Shown here: piece by piece, positions 1 to 9,144 of the stretch
How the letters are laid out: each line of letters opens with the position of its first letter
How positions within the stretch are numbered: position 1 is the first letter of the stretch
Assembly: GCA_003167475.1 (NCBI GenBank)
Contig: PMTB01000098.1
Span: 1-42,515 of the forward strand
Reading direction: 5' to 3'
Origin: a candidate division FCPU426 bacterium
Lineage (GTDB): Bacteria > Oederibacteriota > PGYV01 > Palsa-1178
Length of the DNA: 42,515 nucleotides
Notes under the pieces: generated by a model
What the model saw: the letters and a program-made list of their open reading frames with translations, nothing else
The model's database searches: none
What the model was told of the DNA's origin: nothing
Program-made: the position numbers and the translations under genes

Positions 1-1
1 A

Positions 2-694
2 AGGAGCTTTAAGAAAACCATTAACCACCCCGCTATCAATAAAAAGAAACTTAAGACCTACATAAACAAACTTGAAAAAGCTGGAAAGATCTTTGAGCAC
101 AAAGGCCTGCTTTTCGACACCAAGGCCCTGCTCGAGACCGGCTATACCTGTGACCCGCGCATCTGCCTTAAGAAGAAAAAGGACGTTTACCACGGCTCCT
201 GCTGCACCGATTACAGCGTGGACCTTACCAAGGCCGAGGAAAAGAAGATAGCCGAGATATTGAAAATTGGTGAAAAGGAATGCCTTAAGAACTATCCGTG
301 GGTGCTCAAAGAAAAACTCTACCATAATAACAAGGACAAGAGCCATTACCTGCGGCACAGGAAGGATAATAGCTACGTTTTATCTGTTGTCAAAGGCGGC
401 ATAATCCTTTGCGTCCTGGACCTGCTTGCGAAAAAACACAAATTAAAAAGGACGGATTATAAACCATCCATATGTTTTTCCTGGCCTTTTGACTGCATGC
501 ATCACGGCAAAAAAACTTTTGTCACCACAATAAACGGCCATAATGCCAAATATTTGTCTCAGGGTACTTCCGGGCTGCGCTGCGTTTCAGGAAAAGAAGG
601 CAGCGCAGCGCATGAGTCGTTGACGGAGCAGATAAAGCATTACACGGGCGAGAAAGCCCATAAAGAACTGATGAAAAGAAACTTGTCTAAATAA
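2..694 (+). CDS. Hypothetical Cys-rich protein, 5' partial (open from the window edge)
   Basis: Frame 2 is open from position 2 to the TAA at 692-694. The listed ORF (GTG at 218) is only its tail. The upstream part contains GYTCDPRICLKKKKDVYHGSCCTDYS. I cannot name a family with confidence. Confidence 0.6.
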   Translation, partial: RSFKKTINHPAINKKKLKTYINKLEKAGKIFEHKGLLFDTKALLETGYTCDPRICLKKKKDVYHGSCCTDYSVDLTKAEEKKIAEILKIGEKECLKNYPWVLKEKLYHNNKDKSHYLRHRKDNSYVLSVVKGGIILCVLDLLAKKHKLKRTDYKPSICFSWPFDCMHHGKKTFVTTINGHNAKYLSQGTSGLRCVSGKEGSAAHESLTEQIKHYTGEKAHKELMKRNLSK

Positions 695-697
695 AAC

Positions 698-814
698 TGT
701 AGAGAGGGGGCTCGCCCCCTCTCGCCGATGGAACTGCCCTGCGTTTTAAGCCTGCTGTGAGAGGGAGCATCCGCTTTCGCTGAAGCTCCAGCGGACAAGA
801 GCCCCCTCTCTACA
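698..814. repeat. About 117-bp element with 16-bp perfect terminal inverted repeats (TGTAGAGAGGGGGCTC / GAGCCCCCTCTCTACA), copy 1
   Basis: The TIRs lie at 698-713 and 799-814. There is an internal GC hairpin GAGAGGGGG-CTCG-CCCCCTCTC at 702-723. The blocks TAGAGAGG, GTTTTAAG, GTGAGAGGGAGCA and AGCCCCCTCTCTA are shared with 12190-12296. The element starts 4 nt after a stop codon. Confidence 0.6.
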
Positions 815-828
815 ATGACCAACCGGAA

Positions 829-866
829 TTAACCCCCAAAAAATCCAAAATTAACCGAAAATTAAG
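829..866. promoter_or_regulatory. Phased TTAAY repeats (candidate Pho box) upstream of a small ORF and the CBS-GGDEF gene
   Basis: TTAAC at 829, TTAAC at 851 and TTAAG at 862 give spacings of 22 and 11 bp. The motif and phasing match those upstream of phoB, the porin and pstC. Confidence 0.3.
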
Positions 867-917
867 CCTTATTGTATACACTTATGCCGTAAGAAAAATA
901 ATATCAGGAGGCGGCAT

Positions 918-1070
918 ATGTACGCAAATGACTTTCCATTGAGCCTATATGAGGAAGACTCGGTGTTTATTGTGGAGGATTTTGACGATCCGACCAGGTT
1001 TTCCACACCGGAAGAGGCAAAGGCAAAATCGTATTTGAAAAGGTTTCTTGTTTTGATCGGAAAAGAATAG
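918..1070 (+). CDS. Small hypothetical protein (50 aa), below the ORF-track cutoff
   Basis: The ATG at 918 is preceded by AGGAGG (906-911) with a 6-nt spacer, and the TAG lies at 1068-1070. Translation: MYANDFPLSLYEEDSVFIVEDFDDPTRFSTPEEAKAKSYLKRFLVLIGKE. No recognisable family. Confidence 0.35.
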   Translation: MYANDFPLSLYEEDSVFIVEDFDDPTRFSTPEEAKAKSYLKRFLVLIGKE

Positions 1071-1149
1071 ACCGTTATAAGGTTATATAGTTTCTTGAAA
1101 TCGCGCCGGAAAAATTTTCATTTCAAAGAAGACGGCGGAAGAGGAAAAA

Positions 1150-2124
1150 ATGATAGGATTAAAAGTAAAGGATATTATGTCAAAGGACGCTGTTACGGCC
1201 GACAGGCGGGAACCCGTACTGAATGTTATAAACCTGCTTTTAAGGTATGACATAGGGGCTGTCCTTATCACGGATGGAAATGCCGCGCCGTTTGGCATAG
1301 TTACGCAAAGGGATATAATGGAATGCGTGTCGTTGAATCCGGTGAATTACAGGGTCCTGACGGCCGGTGATATCGCGCGGACAGGTTTGATAACCGTCGA
1401 ACCGGAACTCGACGCCATACTGGCCTTTGCCATCATGAAAATGAACCTTATCAACAGGCTCCCGGTCGTAAGCGACGGGCAGATACGCGGCATGATAACC
1501 TACAGGGATATTACAAATGTGCTTAAGGAAAGTTTCGAGGCCCTTGCAGTGAGCCACAAGGACCTGAAGGAAAAAATGAAAGTGGATTTTCTGACGGGAG
1601 TCTACAACAAAGGTTATATGGACGAGGAACTTTCATATTATATAGAACGGTCCATCCTGACCGGGGTTTCATTCACTTTGCTTCTGGTAGATATTGATAA
1701 TTTTAAGAAAATCAACGACACCTACGGGCACGTATGCGGGGATGTGATATTGAAAGGCGCGGCCCAGACGCTTGTGGAAAAGTCCAGGAATGTCAGCATC
1801 GTCGGCAGGTTTGGCGGGGATGAATTCATGATCATCGTGCCGTATTCCGATTACAATTCGTCGGCTTACATGGCCGAAAGGCTCAGGATGGCGCTTGAGG
1901 AGAGGGCGTTCAGTTACGATGGCCGGGAAGTGCGTGTCACCGCGAGCATAGGACTTGTGGAGTGGACTATTGGCATAAAAAACTGCGAGGAAATACTCAG
2001 GCTAACCGATAACTGCCTTTATGAGGCAAAAAGGGCCGGTAAAAACAGGGTCAGCGTGTGCGGCCTGGACATTATCAAGGATAAAGCCGTTTTTGGAGAG
2101 ACTTTAAAGGCAAACACACTGTAG
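1150..2124 (+). CDS. CBS-pair / GGDEF diguanylate cyclase
   Basis: The N-terminus has tandem CBS-like repeats (IMSKDAVTA..., LINRLPVV). The C-terminal GGDEF domain has an intact active-site motif, RFGGDEFMIIV. I see no RxxD I-site just upstream of the GGDEF. Confidence 0.9.
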   Translation: MIGLKVKDIMSKDAVTADRREPVLNVINLLLRYDIGAVLITDGNAAPFGIVTQRDIMECVSLNPVNYRVLTAGDIARTGLITVEPELDAILAFAIMKMNLINRLPVVSDGQIRGMITYRDITNVLKESFEALAVSHKDLKEKMKVDFLTGVYNKGYMDEELSYYIERSILTGVSFTLLLVDIDNFKKINDTYGHVCGDVILKGAAQTLVEKSRNVSIVGRFGGDEFMIIVPYSDYNSSAYMAERLRMALEERAFSYDGREVRVTASIGLVEWTIGIKNCEEILRLTDNCLYEAKRAGKNRVSVCGLDIIKDKAVFGETLKANTL

Positions 2125-2136
2125 CGGCTTTAAACC

Positions 2137-2508
2137 CTACCTGATACCCGCAAGGATTCCCTTTATGCTCGCGTTAAAATTCTTGAAACCATGGGGTTTG
2201 TTAAGGTAACCTTTGGCTCCCAGGCTGAGAGCTTCATTTATAACTTCCTCTTTTTTTACCGAAGAGCACATCAGCACGTCAATCCCCGAGATAACCGGAT
2301 TGCTTTTAAGCAGTTTTAAAGTCTCGATGCCGTCCATTTCCGGCATTTCCACGTCCAGGATTATCAGGTCCGGCTGTTCCGACACGGCCATTTCAAGGCC
2401 TTCTCTGCCAGTGCTTGCGTTGATTACGGTGTAATTTTCCTTTGAAAGGTAGATACCGGCCAGTTTCTGCTGCAGCGGCGAATCGTCGATGATCAGGATC
2501 TTGTTCAT
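2137..2508 (-). CDS. cheY: CheY-like single-domain response regulator
   Basis: The 123-aa receiver domain has ILIIDDS, the acceptor context [13 protein letters not shown] and a conserved K in YLNKP. Its start overlaps the stop of the upstream MCP gene (2505-2508). Confidence 0.85.
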   Translation of the reverse strand: MNKILIIDDSPLQQKLAGIYLSKENYTVINASTGREGLEMAVSEQPDLIILDVEMPEMDGIETLKLLKSNPVISGIDVLMCSSVKKEEVINEALSLGAKGYLNKPHGFKNFNASIKGILAGIR

Positions 2509-4493
2509 TTGTTCCTCCCTTTGGATTTAAAAATCCCTTTGAATATATCCGAGGCTACTTCAAAAAAGCTGGCGGCTTTTTCCGCCGACAATATGTTTCC
2601 CGCAGAAAGTGTGTTTTGCCGGTCCGTGACTGAAACTTTTTCTCCGACCACGGTCGAAAGGGTCTTAACCATTTCACGCAGGTGTTTTGACTGCGCAAGC
2701 AGGCCCGAACTCTCGGTTAGGTTTTCGTTCGTGTTTGCCGCGATTGAATTCACAACTTGCTGCATCTGTTCCACGCTTACGTGTATTTCCTCGACTTCGT
2801 TGGCCTGTTCTTCCGACGCGCTGGCGACCATGCTTATGATGGAAGAAAGCGAGGAAAACGATTTGCCTATCTCATCGAGGTTCTTTACCACTTCGTCGCT
2901 TATTTCCACGCCGCTTGTGACGTTTTTCTGCACGTCGAGTATGCGCTTGCTGGTCATCTTGGCGGCTTCCGAGGATTTTTCCGCCAGCCTTCTAATCTCT
3001 TCCGCTACCGCGGCAAAGCCCCTGCCTGCCTCGCCTGCCCGGGAGGCCTCTATGGAGGCATTGACGGATAGCAGGTTTGTCTGGAATGATATCTCCTCTA
3101 TGTTGTTTATAATCTCGGCTGTTTCGTCCGAGGCTTTTTTTATGTAATGTATCGAATTGATCGCTTTTTCCATATTGTTGATCCCGGCGGAGGTTATTTT
3201 ATGCGTCTGCTCGGTCATGGTATTGGCCTTTGCCGTATTGTCCGCGTTTGTGGCTATCATAGCCGAAACATTTTCAAGGGAGGCGGAATTCTGTTCCAGT
3301 GAAGCGGCCTGCTCGGCCGCGCCGGAATCCAGGCTTTGGCTGGTCTTTTCAAAATTTTCAGCCGACTTGGAGAGCCTGTCGGATGATTCCTGGATGTCTT
3401 TTATTACCCGTAAAATCGGGGAACTGATCGAACCGGCGATAAGAAGGGAAATTACCGCTATCAATACTATGCTTACAAGAAGGATCAGAATTATTGACGA
3501 CCTCATGGAATCCAGGTAAGTGAACGCGCTTTTCTTGTTTGTTTCAGCTATAATGGCCCATTTCAGGAAGGGTATGCTCAAAGGGGAATAACTTGAAATA
3601 ACGCTTGAGCTGAGGTAATTTTTTGTGAGTTTTACCGATGTCCTGTTATAATCCACAGCTTCTCGCGCAACCTCGGTGTTCACCCCGTTTTTTTCCACAG
3701 TGCCGGCGAGGGAGGTTTTAACGGAGCGGTTTTCAGGGTCTATATAGGAATTTGACCGCATAAGTTTATCCGGGCCTATCAGGTAAATTTCGCCTATATA
3801 GGCGTTGTCGTCCGTATGGCCGGTTGAGTTTGTGGAGTCCCTGAAAACATCCGACTCCTGTATGGCCCCGTTTATGCTTGAAGCTGACAGCAGTCCCAAA
3901 AGCACCCCGAGGATCTGTTTGCCGCTTGTCAAAGGCGCGGATATAAACAGGACAGGCTGGCTTGCTTTATCCAGCAGCTGGTAATCCTGCATGTTAAGCC
4001 CGATAAGCCCGTTCCTGAATGCGGCCGCGATCTTTGTGTTCCTGTATGAAGCTGAATTTAAATTTGAACCCGGCAGGACGGACTTGGAGGTTGAGTAAAC
4101 CACAGAACCGTCTTTGCCGGCCAGGATCACATCGTCAAACTCAAATGAGTTCCTGAAATCGGTGTATAAAGGTTCAAATTGTTTAATGTTGTTCTTCCAT
4201 TCAGGCGAAAGCATACCGCCGGAAGACTTAAAAGAGCTGATCAGCTGCGAAGCGGAGTCCGCGAAAGCCGGGTTTTTTGCCGTGAACTGGACGCTGTAGG
4301 TTTTTGATATGAAGTATTTCTGGAGCTGGGCCTGCTTTATCTGCCTTATGGAGTCAATATTATTAAAGGAAAGCAGGTTCAGGGTGTATTCGGTCTTATT
4401 CAGGCTGTCAATCGTGATAAGCGACGCGGGTATGATCCCTACCGCCAAGAAAAAGATCATCAGTTTCGTGTTTAAATTAAGTTTTCTAAGCAT
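2505..4493 (-). CDS. Methyl-accepting chemotaxis protein with Cache-like periplasmic sensor
   Basis: An N-terminal TM segment is followed by a roughly 300-aa extracytoplasmic domain, a second TM segment and a HAMP region. The conserved MCP signalling hairpin is present: [41 protein letters not shown]. Confidence 0.9.
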   Translation of the reverse strand: MLRKLNLNTKLMIFFLAVGIIPASLITIDSLNKTEYTLNLLSFNNIDSIRQIKQAQLQKYFISKTYSVQFTAKNPAFADSASQLISSFKSSGGMLSPEWKNNIKQFEPLYTDFRNSFEFDDVILAGKDGSVVYSTSKSVLPGSNLNSASYRNTKIAAAFRNGLIGLNMQDYQLLDKASQPVLFISAPLTSGKQILGVLLGLLSASSINGAIQESDVFRDSTNSTGHTDDNAYIGEIYLIGPDKLMRSNSYIDPENRSVKTSLAGTVEKNGVNTEVAREAVDYNRTSVKLTKNYLSSSVISSYSPLSIPFLKWAIIAETNKKSAFTYLDSMRSSIILILLVSIVLIAVISLLIAGSISSPILRVIKDIQESSDRLSKSAENFEKTSQSLDSGAAEQAASLEQNSASLENVSAMIATNADNTAKANTMTEQTHKITSAGINNMEKAINSIHYIKKASDETAEIINNIEEISFQTNLLSVNASIEASRAGEAGRGFAAVAEEIRRLAEKSSEAAKMTSKRILDVQKNVTSGVEISDEVVKNLDEIGKSFSSLSSIISMVASASEEQANEVEEIHVSVEQMQQVVNSIAANTNENLTESSGLLAQSKHLREMVKTLSTVVGEKVSVTDRQNTLSAGNILSAEKAASFFEVASDIFKGIFKSKGRNK

Positions 4494-4526
4494 TTTACCC
4501 TCCGTTAATTTCGCATCCAGTTTTAG

Positions 4527-5030
4527 TCAGTTGTTTATGCTTATAAAATCAAGTTTTTTTAAAAAATCAAAAGGGCGGAAGACCGCCGTTTCAATATTAT
4601 TTATTCTCAGGGAACCTGCAAAGCAGCCTTCGAAAAGGGGCGAGGCATGGATAAAGCCCCCGGCGATCCGGCCGGGCGGTATTTTTACGCTTCCGAAGAA
4701 TTGCTCGGCAATTAATCCGATCAGGATCCTGCTGTCTTCGGGCGGCTCGACCATCAAAATGCAGGTCTTTCCGGAAACCTCCTTTTCTATCGACCCATCC
4801 GCCGCGCTTATGGAAACCACAGGGCAGACCTGGCCGTTGTAATTGATCACACCGGTCAGATAGGCCGGAGTATGCGGGACAGGGACAGGCTGCTGATAGG
4901 GCACAACTTCCCTTACGAAAACGTATTCGACCGCCATGACTATCCCTGCCGATTCAAACTGGACAAAGAAATCACCGCGGCCCGGGTCATAGGCCTTATC
5001 GGCGCCTTGGGAAAGCGGCAATATGTTCAT
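4527..5030 (-). CDS. cheW: CheW-like coupling protein
   Basis: A single 167-aa CheW-like domain (YLTGVINYNGQVCPVVSI, ILIGLIAEQF). It is first in the cheW-mcp-cheY operon, divergent from cheA. Confidence 0.8.
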   Translation of the reverse strand: MNILPLSQGADKAYDPGRGDFFVQFESAGIVMAVEYVFVREVVPYQQPVPVPHTPAYLTGVINYNGQVCPVVSISAADGSIEKEVSGKTCILMVEPPEDSRILIGLIAEQFFGSVKIPPGRIAGGFIHASPLFEGCFAGSLRINNIETAVFRPFDFLKKLDFISINN

Positions 5031-5098
5031 AAGTTTTCTCCGTCATACATTTGTACATAAATTATTTTTTGTTACAACGGGATTGTACAGGGGAAATA

Positions 5099-5114
5099 TT
5101 AATTACAGGTTAAC
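5099..5114. promoter_or_regulatory. TTAAT-N6-TTAAC direct repeat in the divergent cheW/cheA promoter region
   Basis: TTAAT at 5099 and TTAAC at 5110 are 11 bp apart. There is only one pair in an AT-rich spacer, so a chance occurrence is plausible. Confidence 0.2.
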
Positions 5115-5206
5115 GTAAATGGTCTTTTCAGTAAAAATATGAGGTTTATTATTTTGTTTTTCTACCCCGGATGTTAATACAAAATTAATATGGCGCTGCT
5201 AAACTT

Positions 5207-6895
5207 ATGATAAAAATAAGACTTGGAGCGTATATGACGGAACCGTCCGCAAACGAACTTGAGATAACGGGTGAGATCATAGCTGAATTTATAAACGAAT
5301 CGGACGAACTCCTGGCAAAGGCGGAGTCGGCGCTGATATCCATGGAAAACAGGCCCGGAGATACAGAAGTGCTTAACAGCGCGCTGAGGGCATTTCATAC
5401 GATAAAGGGCACAGCTGATTACCTTGGTTTTAAGGCGCTCAAAGAGCTTACCCATTTCTGCGAGGAACTGCTTGATAAGGCGCGCGGAAGGGGGGAGTCC
5501 CCTGAAAAACACGTGCTCATATGGCTGATCAAGGCCGTGGATGAGACAAAACTCATAATCAGGAACGGCCTCGGCGGAAGGAAGCGTTATGACAGGGACG
5601 CTTTCGAAGCGGCTTCCGCGGAATTCCTGGAAAAAATAAGCGCCGGTATAATCAGCGGGATGAACCAGTCAAGGGCCGTGCAGGACAGCGGGCTGTCCGT
5701 TGATATGCCGGAAAACAGCGCGGCGGACTTAAGGCCGGTCCTTAAAATAGACGCGTACAAGCTCAACTCAATGATGAATTCGCTCAACGAACTTGCGGTA
5801 GCCGAGACAAACCTGCGAAGGACGCTCAAGGGCGTGATTTTTACCGACCCGGAAAGTTATGACGATTATAAAAAGAAATTATCCGCGCTGGGAAGAATAA
5901 CCGCGAAACTTAATTATGATTCCTACGCGATGAAGATGCTTCCTTTTCAGCACCTGTTTAACAAGATGACAAGGCTTATAAGGGACCTTTCGGTAAAGTC
6001 CGGAAAAAAACTGAAACTCCTGCTGAACGGCGGCGACACGGAAATAGACAGGGAAATAATAGAGAACCTGGCCGAGCCGCTTATCCATATCCTCAGGAAT
6101 TCGGTTGACCACGGCATAGAGGACGCCGATGTCCGGAAGAAAAGCGGCAAAGCCGAAGCCGGAACGGTGTCTTTATCGGCTTTTTGCAGGGATGGAAATA
6201 TTATTGTGACCGTGAGCGACGATGGACACGGCCTTGACAGGGAAAAAATCCTGGAAAAAGCGCGCCGCCTGGGAATTGCCGGAGCTGACGGGGAGATCAG
6301 CGATGAAAAGGTCAACGAACTCATCATGATGCCGGGATTTTCCACAGCGGACAAAGTATCGGAACTTTCCGGCCGGGGGGTCGGCATGGATGTCGTAAAA
6401 AAAACGGTCGAATCGCTCAGGGGATCGATGAAAATACGGTCCATAAAGGGCCAGGGCACCAAAATAACCATGGTATTTCCTGTGAACATGGCGGTCATAG
6501 AAGGCCTGACAGTATGCTGCCGAGGGGACGCTTATGTTATACCGTCATCAAACGTTATTTCTGTGGTCACCGCCGCAGGGCCGCATCACGGCGGGCCGGA
6601 GGAAGACGGTGAAATAATAAATACCGGATTGTTCGGGACGGCTCCCGCGCCGCCCGGGGACGGACAAGATCCGGATAAAACCGCGGACAAGCATGTAATA
6701 GTGAAACTTGAAAGGAACGGAATCAGAAAAAAACTCCTGGCGGAAAGGATCCTTTCACTGCATAAGGTGGCCGTTAAAAATATACCTGGCCTGGCCCTTG
6801 AAAAAACCCCTTTTTCCGGGGCGGCCATAATGCCCGACGGAAGGCCGGCAATGATCCTGTCGCCGGATAGGCTCATACTTAAAGGAGAAAAATAA
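5207..6895 (+). CDS. cheA: Chemotaxis histidine kinase CheA
   Basis: Hpt motif FHTIKGTADYLG. HATPase boxes NSVDHGIE, DDGHGLD and GRGVGMDVV. C-terminal CheW-like domain. An alternative and probably better start is the ATG at 5234, preceded by GGAG at 5225-5228. Confidence 0.9.
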   Translation: MIKIRLGAYMTEPSANELEITGEIIAEFINESDELLAKAESALISMENRPGDTEVLNSALRAFHTIKGTADYLGFKALKELTHFCEELLDKARGRGESPEKHVLIWLIKAVDETKLIIRNGLGGRKRYDRDAFEAASAEFLEKISAGIISGMNQSRAVQDSGLSVDMPENSAADLRPVLKIDAYKLNSMMNSLNELAVAETNLRRTLKGVIFTDPESYDDYKKKLSALGRITAKLNYDSYAMKMLPFQHLFNKMTRLIRDLSVKSGKKLKLLLNGGDTEIDREIIENLAEPLIHILRNSVDHGIEDADVRKKSGKAEAGTVSLSAFCRDGNIIVTVSDDGHGLDREKILEKARRLGIAGADGEISDEKVNELIMMPGFSTADKVSELSGRGVGMDVVKKTVESLRGSMKIRSIKGQGTKITMVFPVNMAVIEGLTVCCRGDAYVIPSSNVISVVTAAGPHHGGPEEDGEIINTGLFGTAPAPPGDGQDPDKTADKHVIVKLERNGIRKKLLAERILSLHKVAVKNIPGLALEKTPFSGAAIMPDGRPAMILSPDRLILKGEK

Positions 6896-7699
6896 GTGAA
6901 AAAAGAGAATGAGAACGGACTGTTGAGGCTTTACAAGGAAAGGCTGGAGTCAGCCAGGGAATATGAGAAAAACCTGCGGAGCATAGTCGAAGCCGCGCAC
7001 GATATGGCAGGCTCAAAGGATATAACCGATATTATGGAGTCCATGCTGGAGCTTGCGGCAAAAATAACCGGCTCTCAATTCGCCTGCGCCGCGCTTATGG
7101 GGCGCCAAAGCGAGGTGTTTTTCAGCAGCGGTACGCCGGCCAAAGACCCGTCCAAATTCCCGATAGACGCGGCATTTAAAAGGGATTCGGGGATTTCGGG
7201 ATTGCTCATGACGACCAAGCGGCACTATATATGCAATATTACGCAGGGCGACGGATATATTAACGACGATGTAAGGACGGATTACGGCATAAAAAACTAT
7301 ATATCAGTCCCCATACTTGCGAAAAACAAGAATTTTTTCGGGTTGCTTGAAGCCTATAACAAAGATGCTTTTGAGCCTTTTAACGACAATGACGCGGACA
7401 TATTAAATACCCTTGCGTCCTTTACGGCGGCCGCGGTGGAAAGGTTCAGGATATATGTGGAGTTCGGCAAATTCGGCGATGAAGTGCAGAAAATCGTCGA
7501 TGAAACGCTTGAAGCCGAAGGGGCGTTTTTAAAGGAATGCGGAAGGCTTAACCTGGCAAAAAAAGAAATTGAGAATTTGAAAAAAAACGTAAAAAAAGCA
7601 AAAACAATAGCGGTTGATATCGTGGGCTCAAATTTTGACGATGTTTTGCCGCTGAAAGAAAAGGCGGTCGAAATAATAAAAGTGCTTGAGAGCGAATAG
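6896..7699 (+). CDS. GAF-domain protein with K/E-rich coiled-coil tail
   Basis: The GTG start immediately follows the cheA TAA, with AAAGGAG at 8-9 nt upstream. The N-terminal ~170 aa are GAF-like (ISVPILAKNKNFFGLLEAYNK). The C-terminus is predicted coiled coil. Confidence 0.75.
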   Translation: MKKENENGLLRLYKERLESAREYEKNLRSIVEAAHDMAGSKDITDIMESMLELAAKITGSQFACAALMGRQSEVFFSSGTPAKDPSKFPIDAAFKRDSGISGLLMTTKRHYICNITQGDGYINDDVRTDYGIKNYISVPILAKNKNFFGLLEAYNKDAFEPFNDNDADILNTLASFTAAAVERFRIYVEFGKFGDEVQKIVDETLEAEGAFLKECGRLNLAKKEIENLKKNVKKAKTIAVDIVGSNFDDVLPLKEKAVEIIKVLESE

Positions 7700-7740
7700 G
7701 GCATCCTATGCCGCTGTTAATAACTTAAGGAGGATAAGCA

Positions 7741-7932
7741 ATGGAGAGCATAAGGAACAGGGGAAAGGCCGGGAATCAGGAGATAAAGGCGGAACTTATC
7801 AAAAGGTCGCTGGATATTTTCAGCGGGATCCTGTCTGAAGAGGACAGGAAAAAACTCCTGACTCTTGACAGGAAAACAATGGAAAAGTACCTGTACAGGG
7901 CCATGGCGGAAGGGTTCACGCCAAAAAAGTAA
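7741..7932 (+). CDS. Small hypothetical protein (63 aa)
   Basis: Strong RBS (TAAGGAGGATAAGCA-ATG). It shares a SxxDRxxLL...EKYL...G pattern with the next ORF. Confidence 0.55.
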   Translation: MESIRNRGKAGNQEIKAELIKRSLDIFSGILSEEDRKKLLTLDRKTMEKYLYRAMAEGFTPKK

Positions 7933-7946
7933 AGGGGGTAAGGGCT

Positions 7947-8147
7947 ATGATGCTGAAGCAGGCGATTTACGAGGATGAAAAGGTTCTGAATTCCTCCTCG
8001 AGGACTGATTTTTACGCCGCGGTAAAACTGGCGCTGCTGCCGCTGCTTGACCCGGCTGAGAGGGAAAGGTTCCTTTCAATGGCTGAAGAGGCGCAGGAAG
8101 ATTATATGTCGGGTATTTTATCCGGAGTCAAGGTGATAAAAGCCTGA
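7947..8147 (+). CDS. Small hypothetical protein (66 aa), apparent paralog of 7741-7932
   Basis: RBS AAGGGGGTAAGGGCT-ATG. The segment LDPAERERFLSMAEEAQEDYMSGILSG aligns with LSEEDRKKLLTLDRKTMEKYLYRAMAEG in the preceding ORF. Confidence 0.55.
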   Translation: MMLKQAIYEDEKVLNSSSRTDFYAAVKLALLPLLDPAERERFLSMAEEAQEDYMSGILSGVKVIKA

Positions 8148-8148
8148 T

Positions 8149-9063
8149 ATGAACCTGATAAAATTAAGCAGCGGTATCGTAAGCTACAGGTATTATGACA
8201 CCCGCAAGCGCAATTGTCTTGTGATACTGCCGGCATTGGCCGCCTCCTGCGCCGAGTGGGAACACCTCGCGGAACTGTGGAGCAGGGATTATTCAGTGCT
8301 TTTGTATGACAGGCACGGTTACGGGGAAAGCGGCAGGTCGGAAAATGACCGCAGCCCCGGAAATATCGCGGAGGAACTGCACGAACTCACACAGCTCCTG
8401 GGCATAGAAAAGTTCATACCGGTTGGCCACTCATTCGGCGGTATATGCGCGTATATGTACGCTTACCTGCACCCTGATCATGTGAAGGGGCTGGTGCTTT
8501 TGGACCCGGTGTCGCCTTTGAACTACAAAGGCAGGGATGTATTTACAAGGAAAGAATATAAAAAGGCCGGATTTGACAAGGCCTCAAATCTTATTATAGG
8601 AAGGCTTTTGTGCACGCTTAGGCTGGGATGGACACTGTTGCCCATGTTGAAGCAGGCGCCGCCGTTTTATTATTATAAGGATTTTTCAAAACAGGCGGAG
8701 CGGATGATACTCAGGAATTCAGTGAGCCCGACCACATATGAAACGGCGATGCGGGAATACAGATATATTGAGGATAAAAAGTACCAGAAGGGTCTGCTGC
8801 GCAAAAAATTACGGCCCGGGATAAAGCTCCAACTTGTCCTTCACACCCCCCAGGTAATGATAAACGAGATAAGGCATTACGCGAAAGTGGATACGGTTTT
8901 TGCCGGAAGGATAGAAAAAACATGGTCCGGCATAATGAACTGGTATCTCAAATCCGCGAAAAGAACAAAGTTGTGGACCGCTGTCAAGAGCGCCCATGCC
9001 ATACACCTCTCGGACCCGAAGACCGTGCGGGCCGCGGTGGACGCCGTGGGAATGCTGAAATAA
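8149..9063 (+). CDS. Alpha/beta-fold hydrolase
   Basis: Nucleophile elbow GHSFGG, with the typical LVILPAL...YDRHGYGES N-terminal region. The start is 1 nt after the preceding stop. Confidence 0.8.
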   Translation: MNLIKLSSGIVSYRYYDTRKRNCLVILPALAASCAEWEHLAELWSRDYSVLLYDRHGYGESGRSENDRSPGNIAEELHELTQLLGIEKFIPVGHSFGGICAYMYAYLHPDHVKGLVLLDPVSPLNYKGRDVFTRKEYKKAGFDKASNLIIGRLLCTLRLGWTLLPMLKQAPPFYYYKDFSKQAERMILRNSVSPTTYETAMREYRYIEDKKYQKGLLRKKLRPGIKLQLVLHTPQVMINEIRHYAKVDTVFAGRIEKTWSGIMNWYLKSAKRTKLWTAVKSAHAIHLSDPKTVRAAVDAVGMLK

Positions 9064-9144
9064 CACACAAATCGGATTGTCTGCAGCCTTAAAAAAAGTT
9101 ATAATAATCAATAAACTTAACGTTATGTCCGTGGAGGGTATTAA

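Noticed and set aside
2509-3147. Long antisense ORFs opposite confirmed genes. Examples: 2509-3147, 5947-6498, 12607-13329, 17266-17898, 19768-20259, 21567-22127, 25240-25806, 27588-28049, 28427-28912, 35050-35625, 38906-39604, 39623-40201, 40493-41236
   Set aside because: Each lies fully inside a gene with clear family motifs on the other strand. Each shows the skewed composition (Ser/Phe/Arg-rich) expected of antisense frames, and none has recognisable domains.
6540-6720. Possible frameshift in the CheA P5 domain (odd Pro/Gly-rich stretch AAGPHHGGPEEDGEIINTGLFGTAPAPPGDGQDPDKTADK)
   Set aside because: Both alternative frames hit stop codons within a few codons. The flanking CheW-like motifs stay in frame, so this is better explained as a lineage-specific loop insertion.
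7741-8147. Toxin-antitoxin interpretation of the two small ORFs
   Set aside because: The two proteins resemble each other rather than forming a toxin/antitoxin-like dissimilar pair. They lack HTH/RHH or known toxin motifs and sit inside a signalling operon.
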